Origin: Methanobrevibacter olleyae
GTDB taxonomy: Archaea; Methanobacteriota; Methanobacteria; Methanobacteriales; Methanobacteriaceae
Assembly: GCA_015063035.1 (NCBI GenBank)
Contig: SUTG01000017.1
Span: forward strand, 4,724 to 28,723
Direction of reading: 5' to 3'
Length of the DNA stretch: 24,000 nucleotides
Position 1 is the first letter of the stretch. Each line of letters starts with the position of its first letter. Positions 16,491 through 24,000 of the stretch are shown piece by piece. The notes under the pieces were generated by a model. It saw nothing but the letters and a program-made list of their open reading frames with translations, made no database searches and was not told the DNA's origin. The position numbers were made by a program, and so were the translations under genes.

Positions 16491-17147
16491 ATGGTTAGGC
16501 CGAAAATAGAGAGAAGAATTGTTAAACAGCCTGATTACACTTGCTTGAAACATGGAGATGTTTTGGAAGATGATCAAGAGGCAATCCAAATGAATCTTGA
16601 TGAATTTGAAGCAATCAGGTTAGGGGATTATCACAATATAAAACAGAAAGAAGCAGCAGAATTGATGGGAATCTCACAACCAACATTCCACAGAATCATT
16701 AACTCTGCAAGAAAAAAGACAGCAATGTCTTTGATTGAAGGTAAAAAAATAGAGATAAATAATGAAAATTATTATATGGATGATAAGATGTATGTTTGTA
16801 AAGATTGTGGATTCCAATGGAATAATCCAAAAAAAGAATACACTAACTGTCCAGACTGCAAATCTGAAAATATTGAGATAGTTAAAGATGGTGCAGATAA
16901 GAATTATCCAAATGCTAATCCAATAGAAAATCCACAAATATACAATATGCCAGAAGCTGATAAGTTTCCTCTAAATGAACGAAAATCTTTTGGAGGGCCT
17001 GGAAGTGGAAGAGGACCATCAAAAGCATGTGAATGCCCGAAATGTGGCTATACTGCACCAAAGATTAGAGGATTCCCATGTCGAAATATAAAATGTCCTG
17101 AATGTGGAACCCCTCTATGCGGATCCAATTTCAAAGAGCAAAAATAA
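16491..17147 (+). CDS. DUF134/UPF0251-family putative DNA-binding protein fused to C-terminal zinc-ribbon and Cys-cluster modules
   Basis: DUF134 core: LDEFEAIRLGDYHNIKQKEAAELMGISQPTFHRIINSARKKTAMSLIEGKKIEI. This is followed by CKDC-x13-CPDC and GPGSGRGPSKACECPKCG...CRNIKCPECGTPLC. Confidence 0.75.
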   Translation: MVRPKIERRIVKQPDYTCLKHGDVLEDDQEAIQMNLDEFEAIRLGDYHNIKQKEAAELMGISQPTFHRIINSARKKTAMSLIEGKKIEINNENYYMDDKMYVCKDCGFQWNNPKKEYTNCPDCKSENIEIVKDGADKNYPNANPIENPQIYNMPEADKFPLNERKSFGGPGSGRGPSKACECPKCGYTAPKIRGFPCRNIKCPECGTPLCGSNFKEQK

Positions 17148-17347
17148 AAAATGAAATAAAAATAAATTCATAAAAACTATGAAAAAATATCAAAATTTAT
17201 ATTAATAATATCGTTTATAAATAATATACATATAATTTAATAAATTAATATTTGATATGAAATCAAGATTAATATATTATAATAATTAAAATGTAATAAA
17301 TTAAAAAAATTAAAAATCATAATTCAACTAATTATCAAGGTGGGCTT

Positions 17348-18958
17348 ATGTCTTTCATAACTTTAAAAAATATTAATAAGTCATTTAATGGAGAACAAGT
17401 TCTTAAAGATATTAACTTAACAATAGAAGAAGGTTCTACATTAGGTATTCTCGGTAGAAGTGGTAGTGGAAAATCTGTTTTAATCAACATGCTAAGAGGT
17501 ACAAAAGAATATGCTCCAGACAGTGGGCAAGTGCTCTTTAATTTGGCAATATGTGAAAATGAAAAATGCTTGCATGTTGAACCTGCTTCAAAGGCTGGTG
17601 AAAAATGTCCAGAATGTGGAGCTGAATTGAAAGCAAAGGAAATCGATTTCTGGAATGCAGACAGATTGGAAAAGGCAGCAATCAGAAGAAGAATTTCCAT
17701 TATGCTCCAAAGAAACTTTGCATTGTACGATGAACAAAGCGTAATTGAAAACGTATTGAATGCAATGGGTGACGAAGGCAGATACGAAGAAGAGAATATC
17801 TACAACGCTATTGACTTATTGGAAATGGTTCAAATGAGTCACAGAGTAACCCACGTTGCACGTGACTTAAGTGGAGGAGAAAAACAAAGAGTTGTACTTG
17901 CAAGACAATTGGCTAAAAATCCTATGTTACTCCTAGCAGACGAACCAACAGGTACATTAGACCCACAAACTGCTGAAAAACTTCACCAAACTTTGATCCA
18001 TGGTGTAAAAGAAGAAGGAATCAGTATGGTTATCACTTCTCACTGGCCAGAAGTTATGAACCAATTGGCAGATGATGCAATTCGGCTAGATAATGGAGAA
18101 ATAATTGAACATGGCTGTCCAGATGAAATCGTTCCGAAATTCTTGGAAACTGTTCCTCAAGCTGAACAAGTGGAAAGAGTTGAACACACAGAAGAGATCA
18201 TTAGAGTTAAAGACATTAAAAAGCATTACTATTCAATTGAAAGAGGAGTGGTCAAAGCTGTAGATGGTGTAAGTTTAACAATCAATAAAGGAGAAATCTA
18301 CGGTATTGTAGGTCTCAGTGGATCTGGAAAAACCACTTTAACCAGAATGATGATTGGTTTAACCGAACCAAGTAGTGGAGAACTTGAAATAAGATTAGGT
18401 GATGACTGGATTGACATGAAAAAACCAGGTCCATTAAACAGAGGCCGTGTAACTCCATACTTAGGTTTATTACACCAAGAATACTCCTTATACCCTCATA
18501 GAGACATTTTAGGTAACTTAACTGATGCTATCAGTTTGAACTTGCCTGCAGAATTTGCAAAAATCAAGGCAGCACATATTCTTGAAACTGTAGGATTTGA
18601 AAAGGAAAAATCCATGAGCATGCTAACTAAATGGCAAGACGAGTTAAGTGGAGGGGAAAGACACAGAGTAGCTCTTGCACAAGTTCTCATCAAAGAGCCT
18701 AACATTGTCGTATTGGATGAACCAACAGGTACTATGGACCCAGTCACAAGAATCATTGTAACCAATTCCATCTTAAAGGCAAGAGACGAATTAGACCAAA
18801 CCTTTGTAATCATTTCTCACGATATGGATTTCGTATTGGATGTTTGTGACAAGGCAAGCTTAATGAGAGGAGGAAAACTCCTAAGTACTGGAACTCCAGA
18901 AGAAATCGTTGCAGAATTAACTGGTGAAGAAAAAGCAGACATGATTAAAGATCACTAA
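17348..18958 (+). CDS. atwA: methyl-coenzyme M reductase system component A2 (double ABC-ATPase)
   Basis: Two ABC cassettes: GRSGSGKS / LSGGEKQR / LLLADEPT and GLSGSGKT / LSGGERHR / IVVLDEPT. A Cys4 insertion (CENEKC...CPEC) lies in cassette 1. Length is about 536 aa. AAGGTGG Shine-Dalgarno before the ATG. Confidence 0.85.
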   Translation: MSFITLKNINKSFNGEQVLKDINLTIEEGSTLGILGRSGSGKSVLINMLRGTKEYAPDSGQVLFNLAICENEKCLHVEPASKAGEKCPECGAELKAKEIDFWNADRLEKAAIRRRISIMLQRNFALYDEQSVIENVLNAMGDEGRYEEENIYNAIDLLEMVQMSHRVTHVARDLSGGEKQRVVLARQLAKNPMLLLADEPTGTLDPQTAEKLHQTLIHGVKEEGISMVITSHWPEVMNQLADDAIRLDNGEIIEHGCPDEIVPKFLETVPQAEQVERVEHTEEIIRVKDIKKHYYSIERGVVKAVDGVSLTINKGEIYGIVGLSGSGKTTLTRMMIGLTEPSSGELEIRLGDDWIDMKKPGPLNRGRVTPYLGLLHQEYSLYPHRDILGNLTDAISLNLPAEFAKIKAAHILETVGFEKEKSMSMLTKWQDELSGGERHRVALAQVLIKEPNIVVLDEPTGTMDPVTRIIVTNSILKARDELDQTFVIISHDMDFVLDVCDKASLMRGGKLLSTGTPEEIVAELTGEEKADMIKDH

Positions 18959-18990
18959 TCTTTTTCTTTTCTTTTTTTTATTTTTTATTC
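18959..18990 (+). terminator. oligo-T terminator tract after atwA
   Basis: tctttttcttttcttttttttattttttattc starts directly after the TAA stop. Archaeal termination typically occurs at oligo-T runs. Confidence 0.5.
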
Positions 18991-18998
18991 TATCTTTT

Positions 18999-19051
18999 AA
19001 TTTTTTATATTTTTTAATTTTTTATATTTTTAACTATTTTTAACTATTTTT
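18999..19051 (+). repeat. T-rich tandem duplications (about 17 bp x2, then aactattttt x2)
   Basis: aattttttatattttt is repeated at 18999 and 19016. taactatttt is repeated at 19031 and 19041. Confidence 0.7.
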
Positions 19052-19321
19052 CTGTAGATTACAGTTTAAGATTCATAACAATATTATGCAACTATTTTTA
19101 AAGATTCTCAATTATAATTAAAAAATTATATTAATATAAACAAACAAAATTATTAATGTTATATTAATTATGTTATATTAATTATAAATTAATTATTAAA
19201 TTAAATAATTAATTTTTTAATTTAATTTATATCACATGAGTTCAATAATTAAAAAATGATTAAATGATTAAAAGAACTAAAAACATTTTATATTTATTAT
19301 TTACTAATTAGAGGAAAAACT

Positions 19322-19804
19322 ATGGCATGGGAAAATTCACCGTCACATATTTGTAGAGGAGGAGATGTAAGAGGACTCGCATTCTGTTGTCCTCCTGTAA
19401 AACCTTGCCCTATTATGGGAGCTTTAAAGGAGGTTGGATTGACTCCTCAAGAATTCTTGGACATTAAGCAAAAATTTGCTAGAGAAACTAGATTAGGGGA
19501 AGGCCCTGCAACCTGTTTCGGCTCACTTGTATGGTGCTGTAAAACTTCAAAGCCTTGTCCTTTAAGAGACATGACCTTAAATCAAATCGGCATGAGTGAA
19601 GAGGAATACATGGATTTGAAAAAGCAATTATCTGAAGTAATTCTTGCTGCAGGAACACCACCTACCTCAAATGAAGCAGTTTTTGCACTTTCACAAACCT
19701 TTGAAATTAGTGAAGCTGAAGCTGAAAAAGTGCTTGCAGACTGTAACAATGACTTAAGAATGGCTGTAAAATTACTTAAATTAAAACAATTAGAACAAAA
19801 ATAA
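19322..19804 (+). CDS. methanogenesis marker domain 9 protein (eight-Cys, duplicated [FW]CC-x(3,4)-KPCP[IL] module) with a UBA-like C-terminal tail
   Basis: [11 protein letters not shown] (nt 19382-19414) and [11 protein letters not shown] (nt 19532-19564). Cys residues at positions 11, 22, 23, 29, 65, 72, 73 and 79. The C-terminal [26 protein letters not shown] resembles a NAC/UBA helix bundle. Confidence 0.75.
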   Translation: MAWENSPSHICRGGDVRGLAFCCPPVKPCPIMGALKEVGLTPQEFLDIKQKFARETRLGEGPATCFGSLVWCCKTSKPCPLRDMTLNQIGMSEEEYMDLKKQLSEVILAAGTPPTSNEAVFALSQTFEISEAEAEKVLADCNNDLRMAVKLLKLKQLEQK

Positions 19805-19898
19805 GTTTTAATATATATACCATCTGAAAAAATAGCTATGAGAATAGATGTGAAAATCAGATGCAAAATCAATTGAACTGAAAAAATGATGTGATAAT

Positions 19899-20522
19899 AT
19901 GGGATTGACTTCTCTTTTCTTTGAAGTGAAAAACAAGAATGTCTTTATTTTAGGCACTGGAGAAGTAGCTACAAGAAGAGCTCATCGTTTTTTAGATAAA
20001 GGAGCCAATGTAATATTAGCTGGAAATTCAATTGATGAAGAGTTAACTAAAAAAGGAGCTATTTTAACACCTTTAAAAGACCTTGATGAAATGGTTAAAT
20101 GGAGCGACATAGTGATTACCGCAAGCGGTGATGAAAAGCTATGTGAATATATCGCATCCATCAGCCAAGGAAAATTAATAAACAGAGCAGATAAACCGGA
20201 TAAAGGAAATATAATAGCGCCTACAAGTTTCTTGATAGATGATATAGAGATATCCATTTACACAAATGGGCAAAGTCCATTAATGGCAAGAGAACTTAGA
20301 AAAAAAATCCAAAGCATCATTACAGAAGAAGATATCCTTGAGATAAAACTCCAAGATCATGCAAGAAAGATTTTAAAGGAAAAAATAGATGACCAAAAGA
20401 TTAGAAGGGAATATCTTGAGACTATCTTAGATAATGATGAGATAAGGAATTGCCTAAAGGAAAATAGATTGGATGAAGCTAAAAGGCTTGCAGAAAATCT
20501 AATTAACTCTAACTTATCATAA
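19899..20522 (+). CDS. sirC: precorrin-2 dehydrogenase / sirohydrochlorin-forming enzyme (CysG N-terminal-type, SirC)
   Basis: Rossmann start VFILGTGEVATRRAHRFLDKGANV. NRADKPDKGNIIAPTSF and ISIYTNGQSPLMARELRKKI match the siroheme-synthase N-domain pattern. Confidence 0.8.
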   Translation: MGLTSLFFEVKNKNVFILGTGEVATRRAHRFLDKGANVILAGNSIDEELTKKGAILTPLKDLDEMVKWSDIVITASGDEKLCEYIASISQGKLINRADKPDKGNIIAPTSFLIDDIEISIYTNGQSPLMARELRKKIQSIITEEDILEIKLQDHARKILKEKIDDQKIRREYLETILDNDEIRNCLKENRLDEAKRLAENLINSNLS

Positions 20523-20567
20523 ACAATCATTAGTTCCAACATATCATTAAATAAAGGGGAATCAAAA

Positions 20568-21770
20568 TTGATAATCAATATACGCGTAGACCATACACTT
20601 GCGGACATAGAGACTATGGAAAAGGTATCAAAAGATTTGAAAGACCTTTTTTCTACTTTAAAAGAACAGATTGATATAAAAGAATATATTGAAATCAATA
20701 CATGCAACAGATATGAGTATTTCCTTTATACTGATGATTGCATTGATTTGGACTTGGATTGTGAAAACAAATATGTCATAATCCAATATGGTGATGATGC
20801 TGTATTGCATTTATTCAGAATGACTTCCGGACTTGAATCCATGATCATCGGTGAAGACCAGATCTTAGGCCAAGTTAAGGATTCCAAAAGAAAAAGTGAA
20901 AAGGAAGGCCATTGCGGTAAGAAATTAGATGCTGTTTTTACAAAGGCAATACATGTTGGCCAAGTTGTAAGAAACAAGACCAAAATCAACCAAGGATCCA
21001 TTTCCATTGGTTCAGCAGCTGTTGACCTTGCAGAAGAGAATCTCGGAAACCTGCAGGAGAAGAATGTGCTTGTTATAGGTGCAGGAAAAATGGGAACCCT
21101 CGTTGCAAAGGCCTTGGCTGAAAAGAACTTGAAAGCTATTTTTGTTGCAAACAGAACTTATTACAAAGCAATCAAATTGGCAGAGGAGCTTGATGGTGAA
21201 GCAATCCTCTTTGATAACCTAGAAGAAAAATTGATTAATGCAGACCTTGTAATCAGTTCCACTGGAGCGCCTCATGCAATTATCAACAAGAAAAGACTAT
21301 TGAAAGTTTTCGATGAAAAAATTCCTAAAAAGATGGTCTTTATTGACATTGCAAATCCAAGAGACATTGAAGATGATGTTAAGGAACTTGGCATAGACCT
21401 ATTTAACATTGACGACTTAAGGGGAATTGCAGATAAAAATAAAAAGCTTCGTGAGAGAGAAGTTATTGAAGCTGAAAAGATAATCGAAAATGAGTTTGAT
21501 TTACTTAAAGAGTCATTCAATTTAATTGAAATAAATTCATTACTCGGTAGTTTAAGAGAGTCTATGGAAGAGATAAGACAACGTGAGAGTCAAAAAGGCA
21601 TAGTGAAACTAAATAGTGTAGATGCTAAGGATATAAAAACCATAGATAAGATGACTCAGTCCATAGTCAACAAAATATTTTATGATATTTCTGAAAATAT
21701 TAGAAAAACAGCTAAAAATAACGACGAAGATATCATAAAGCTATGTGAAATGATTCTAAAAATAGATTAA
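20568..21770 (+). CDS. hemA: glutamyl-tRNA reductase
   Basis: NTCNRYE active-site Cys motif, GEDQILGQVK and the GAGKMG NADPH site. TTG start with an AAGGGG Shine-Dalgarno at 20554-20559. Confidence 0.9.
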   Translation: MIINIRVDHTLADIETMEKVSKDLKDLFSTLKEQIDIKEYIEINTCNRYEYFLYTDDCIDLDLDCENKYVIIQYGDDAVLHLFRMTSGLESMIIGEDQILGQVKDSKRKSEKEGHCGKKLDAVFTKAIHVGQVVRNKTKINQGSISIGSAAVDLAEENLGNLQEKNVLVIGAGKMGTLVAKALAEKNLKAIFVANRTYYKAIKLAEELDGEAILFDNLEEKLINADLVISSTGAPHAIINKKRLLKVFDEKIPKKMVFIDIANPRDIEDDVKELGIDLFNIDDLRGIADKNKKLREREVIEAEKIIENEFDLLKESFNLIEINSLLGSLRESMEEIRQRESQKGIVKLNSVDAKDIKTIDKMTQSIVNKIFYDISENIRKTAKNNDEDIIKLCEMILKID

Positions 21771-21850
21771 AACTAAAATTTTTAAAAAATAGAAAAAATT
21801 AAAAATTTAAAAAAATAGATTAAAACTAAAAATTTAAAAAAATAGAAAAA
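21758..21850 (+). repeat. direct repeat of about 40 bp (period 53 bp) duplicating the hemA 3' end and its downstream A-rich tract
   Basis: aaaaatagattaaaactaaaa occurs at 21758-21778 (including the hemA codons ..ata gat taa) and again at 21811-21831. Both copies are followed by near-identical a/t tracts ending in aatagaaaaa. Confidence 0.8.
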
Positions 21851-21881
21851 TAGAAAAAAATAAATGATAAAAGGATGTTGA

Positions 21882-23018
21882 TTATTCAAACATTCCTTTA
21901 ATTTCTTCTTTTTTATATTTATTGAGATCTAATGCAAAATAAATATCATCCATTGTTACTTTTTCTTTATCATTTATAATTGCATTGTGAAGAGCTGTTT
22001 TCAATATTTTTTCCTTAATATCCCTACCTGACATTCTTTTGGAAAGCTTGACTAATTTTTCAATATCCAAATCATAATCCATTGGGAATGTATTAAGGTT
22101 TAGCTCAAAAATTTCTCTTCTTTCATCATCATTTGGAAGCTTGAATTCAATTTCCTCTTCAAAACGACTTCTGATTGCAAAGTCAATTGAAGATGGGTTG
22201 TTGGTTGCTGCAATTGTTACAACACCATCATTCGGATTGATTCCATCCATTTCGGTTAAAAGTGAATTCACAATTTCAGAAACATCCCCTCTTAATGATT
22301 GGAATGACCTATGCAATGCAATTGCATCGATTTCATCAATGAAAATCAATGATGGGGCAGATTTCAATGCAGTTTCATATAAATCATGAATCTTATTTGC
22401 TGCATCCCCTACATGGTCACCGATTAATGAGGTTGCCTTGACCAAGAATAAGTTGATGTTCAATTCATTTGACAATGCCTTTGCAAGCATGGTTTTGCCT
22501 GTTCCAGGAAGCCCATAAAAAAGGACATTCTTAGGAGCCCAATTGCCAAACTTTTCAGGGTCTTGAAGATACTTGTAAATTAGTTTAGATTTCTTTTTAG
22601 CATTCTCCTGACCAACAACATCATCAAAGAAAACATTTGATTTTACTCTTTTAATGGAATCATGTTTTTCAACATCCGGAATGACAATTTCTATTGAAGT
22701 GTTTTCTCCAATAACTGAGTCTTCAGGATAGGCAGTTATGATTTTAAATGCAAAATCTGGAATGATCTTTTGATCAAAAAGATAGGAGCCAGTTCTAACT
22801 GATGTGCCGCTCCATTGGTCTATAGCATACTGTTCAAAAAGAACCTTATCAGATATCTCTAGATTAGGCCCTTCCAATAAGCCAAAATTGAAAGGGTAAC
22901 CTGCAGTTTCCAAAACAAGAACCTTGGTTTCAATCTCATTGAAACTAGCCCTGTTTTTAATGGAAACCTCTGATTTCTTTTTGCTTGAACTTTTATTTTC
23001 AGATTTCACATTTATCAC
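21882..23018 (-). CDS. single-domain classic-clade AAA+ ATPase with an N-terminal substrate-type domain of about 135 aa (AMA-like)
   Basis: Walker A GLPGTGKT, Walker B LIFIDEID and second region of homology TIAATNNPSSIDFAIRSRF. The size and architecture match the AMA group described from Archaeoglobus and methanogens, as I recall it. Confidence 0.75.
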   Translation of the reverse strand: MINVKSENKSSSKKKSEVSIKNRASFNEIETKVLVLETAGYPFNFGLLEGPNLEISDKVLFEQYAIDQWSGTSVRTGSYLFDQKIIPDFAFKIITAYPEDSVIGENTSIEIVIPDVEKHDSIKRVKSNVFFDDVVGQENAKKKSKLIYKYLQDPEKFGNWAPKNVLFYGLPGTGKTMLAKALSNELNINLFLVKATSLIGDHVGDAANKIHDLYETALKSAPSLIFIDEIDAIALHRSFQSLRGDVSEIVNSLLTEMDGINPNDGVVTIAATNNPSSIDFAIRSRFEEEIEFKLPNDDERREIFELNLNTFPMDYDLDIEKLVKLSKRMSGRDIKEKILKTALHNAIINDKEKVTMDDIYFALDLNKYKKEEIKGMFE

Positions 23019-23149
23019 ATCAAATCAAATGTTTAAAATAATTAGAATTTTTTATGAATGTTTAGATTACTTAATATATTTTTAACATTATTTAAATATT
23101 TTCATAAAATAATTAAGTTTAAAATTTGAAAAAGATTTACTTCAAATAG

Positions 23150-23986
23150 CTAAATTAGAGTATCATAAAGCTGTTTCATCCTTAATGCATCCTGGTCTAT
23201 TAAAGGAGTTTCACAAATAATGGTTGCTTTCCAATCGTTTTCAATCAGATTCAAAAGCAAATCCTTAATGTGTGGACCATACTCATCATCTTCAGCTAAT
23301 GTGTGGTGCTTCTTTTCACCCTTATCCGTATACTCAATTGTTGTGAAATGACAATGCAATCTATCAATATCCAAATTGTCTTCAAGCTTTGAAAAAATGC
23401 AATTGTAATCTTCCTTCTTGTTTAGGATTCCCCTTCCCCTTGCATGAACATGGGCAAAGTCGATTGTAGGCTCAAAGTGGTCAAAGCTGGCACACATTTC
23501 AATGATTTCATCAATATTTCCCAATTGAGAACGCTTTCCAGTTGTTTCAGGAGCAAAAGTGAAGTTTTCTATTCCTTCCTCTTCACATCTTTCAAGAAGT
23601 CTTGTGTAAGTCTTTTTAGCTAGATCCATACAGGTTTCAGGTTTTCTACCTGAATAAAATCCTGGATGGAATACAAGCCTATATGCACCCATGAACTCTC
23701 CAACTTTAGCTGATTGGACCAATCTGTCTATTGTGCTCCCAATCTTTTCTTCCTCTTTGGAACATACATTCACATAATAAGGACAATGCATAGACATTAA
23801 AACTCCATTCTCTTCTGCAGATTCCCTAAGTTTAAGTGCAGAGGATTCTCCAATTCTAACACCATAAGTAGACTGATATTCAAATGCATATAATCCTAAA
23901 GGCCCTAAAAATTCTGGAGATTCATGTGCTTTTCCATTAAATTCTATTGGTTTTCCAGCTGGACCAAAAATAACCTTATCTTTCAT
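23150..23986 (-). CDS. endonuclease IV-family (AP endonuclease 2 / xylose-isomerase-like TIM barrel) protein
   Basis: Metal-ligand contexts occur in the family order: MHCPYYVN, VFHPG, APETTG, IDFAHVHARG, HCHF and ICETP. Confidence 0.7.
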   Translation of the reverse strand: MKDKVIFGPAGKPIEFNGKAHESPEFLGPLGLYAFEYQSTYGVRIGESSALKLRESAEENGVLMSMHCPYYVNVCSKEEEKIGSTIDRLVQSAKVGEFMGAYRLVFHPGFYSGRKPETCMDLAKKTYTRLLERCEEEGIENFTFAPETTGKRSQLGNIDEIIEMCASFDHFEPTIDFAHVHARGRGILNKKEDYNCIFSKLEDNLDIDRLHCHFTTIEYTDKGEKKHHTLAEDDEYGPHIKDLLLNLIENDWKATIICETPLIDQDALRMKQLYDTLI

Positions 23987-24000
23987 AAAAACACCATAAA

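Noticed and set aside
18990-19060. CRISPR-like or other interspersed repeat arrays in the T-rich spacers here and at 21758-21860.
   Set aside because: The units are 10-21 bp, purely A/T, directly abutting or separated by low-complexity sequence rather than unique spacers. There are only two copies and no cas genes.
1-24000. Mobile elements, prophage remnants, toxin-antitoxin pairs or defence islands anywhere in the window.
   Set aside because: No integrase, transposase, recombinase, nuclease-helicase or TA-like small gene pairs were recognisable. There are no flanking tRNA or att-like long direct repeats, and gene content is core methanogen metabolism.

Overview
AT-rich euryarchaeal chromosome segment. 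The gene content points to a pseudomurein-type methanogen of the Methanobacteriales, and rod-shape mreB plus the very AT-rich spacers fit Methanobrevibacter best. I support about 22 protein-coding genes. I saw no rRNA, tRNA or CRISPR array, no transposase or integrase, and no GC-rich structured-RNA island in any spacer. The window is mostly core genome and unusually dense in methanogen cofactor functions: mptD-like (methanopterin); cofE, cofD and arfA (F420/riboflavin branch); atwA (MCR component A2); a methanogenesis-marker-9 Cys-rich protein; and sirC plus hemA (tetrapyrrole/F430 precursor). Housekeeping genes are interleaved: pssA-like, mreB, rnhB, purO, an AAA+ ATPase and an Endo IV-family nuclease. 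No obvious self-contained new system such as a defence island is present. The parts worth a second look are: (1) an ExbB/ExbD proton-channel pair in an organism with no outer membrane or TonB, where ExbB carries an extra C-terminal domain; (2) a sortase next to a CpaB/SAF-like membrane protein; (3) a DUF134 regulator - atwA - mmp9 - sirC - hemA run, in which mmp9 has a duplicated CC-x(3,4)-KPCP module fused to a UBA-like tail; (4) a Dus/NifR3-like TIM-barrel gene next to arfA whose conserved N-terminal motif lies upstream of the first ATG, implying an ATT start; (5) a one-nucleotide frameshift splitting sstT; (6) recurrent short-period tandem duplications of TATA-like modules in several spacers. 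Functional calls rest on motif recognition from memory and no database search was possible.
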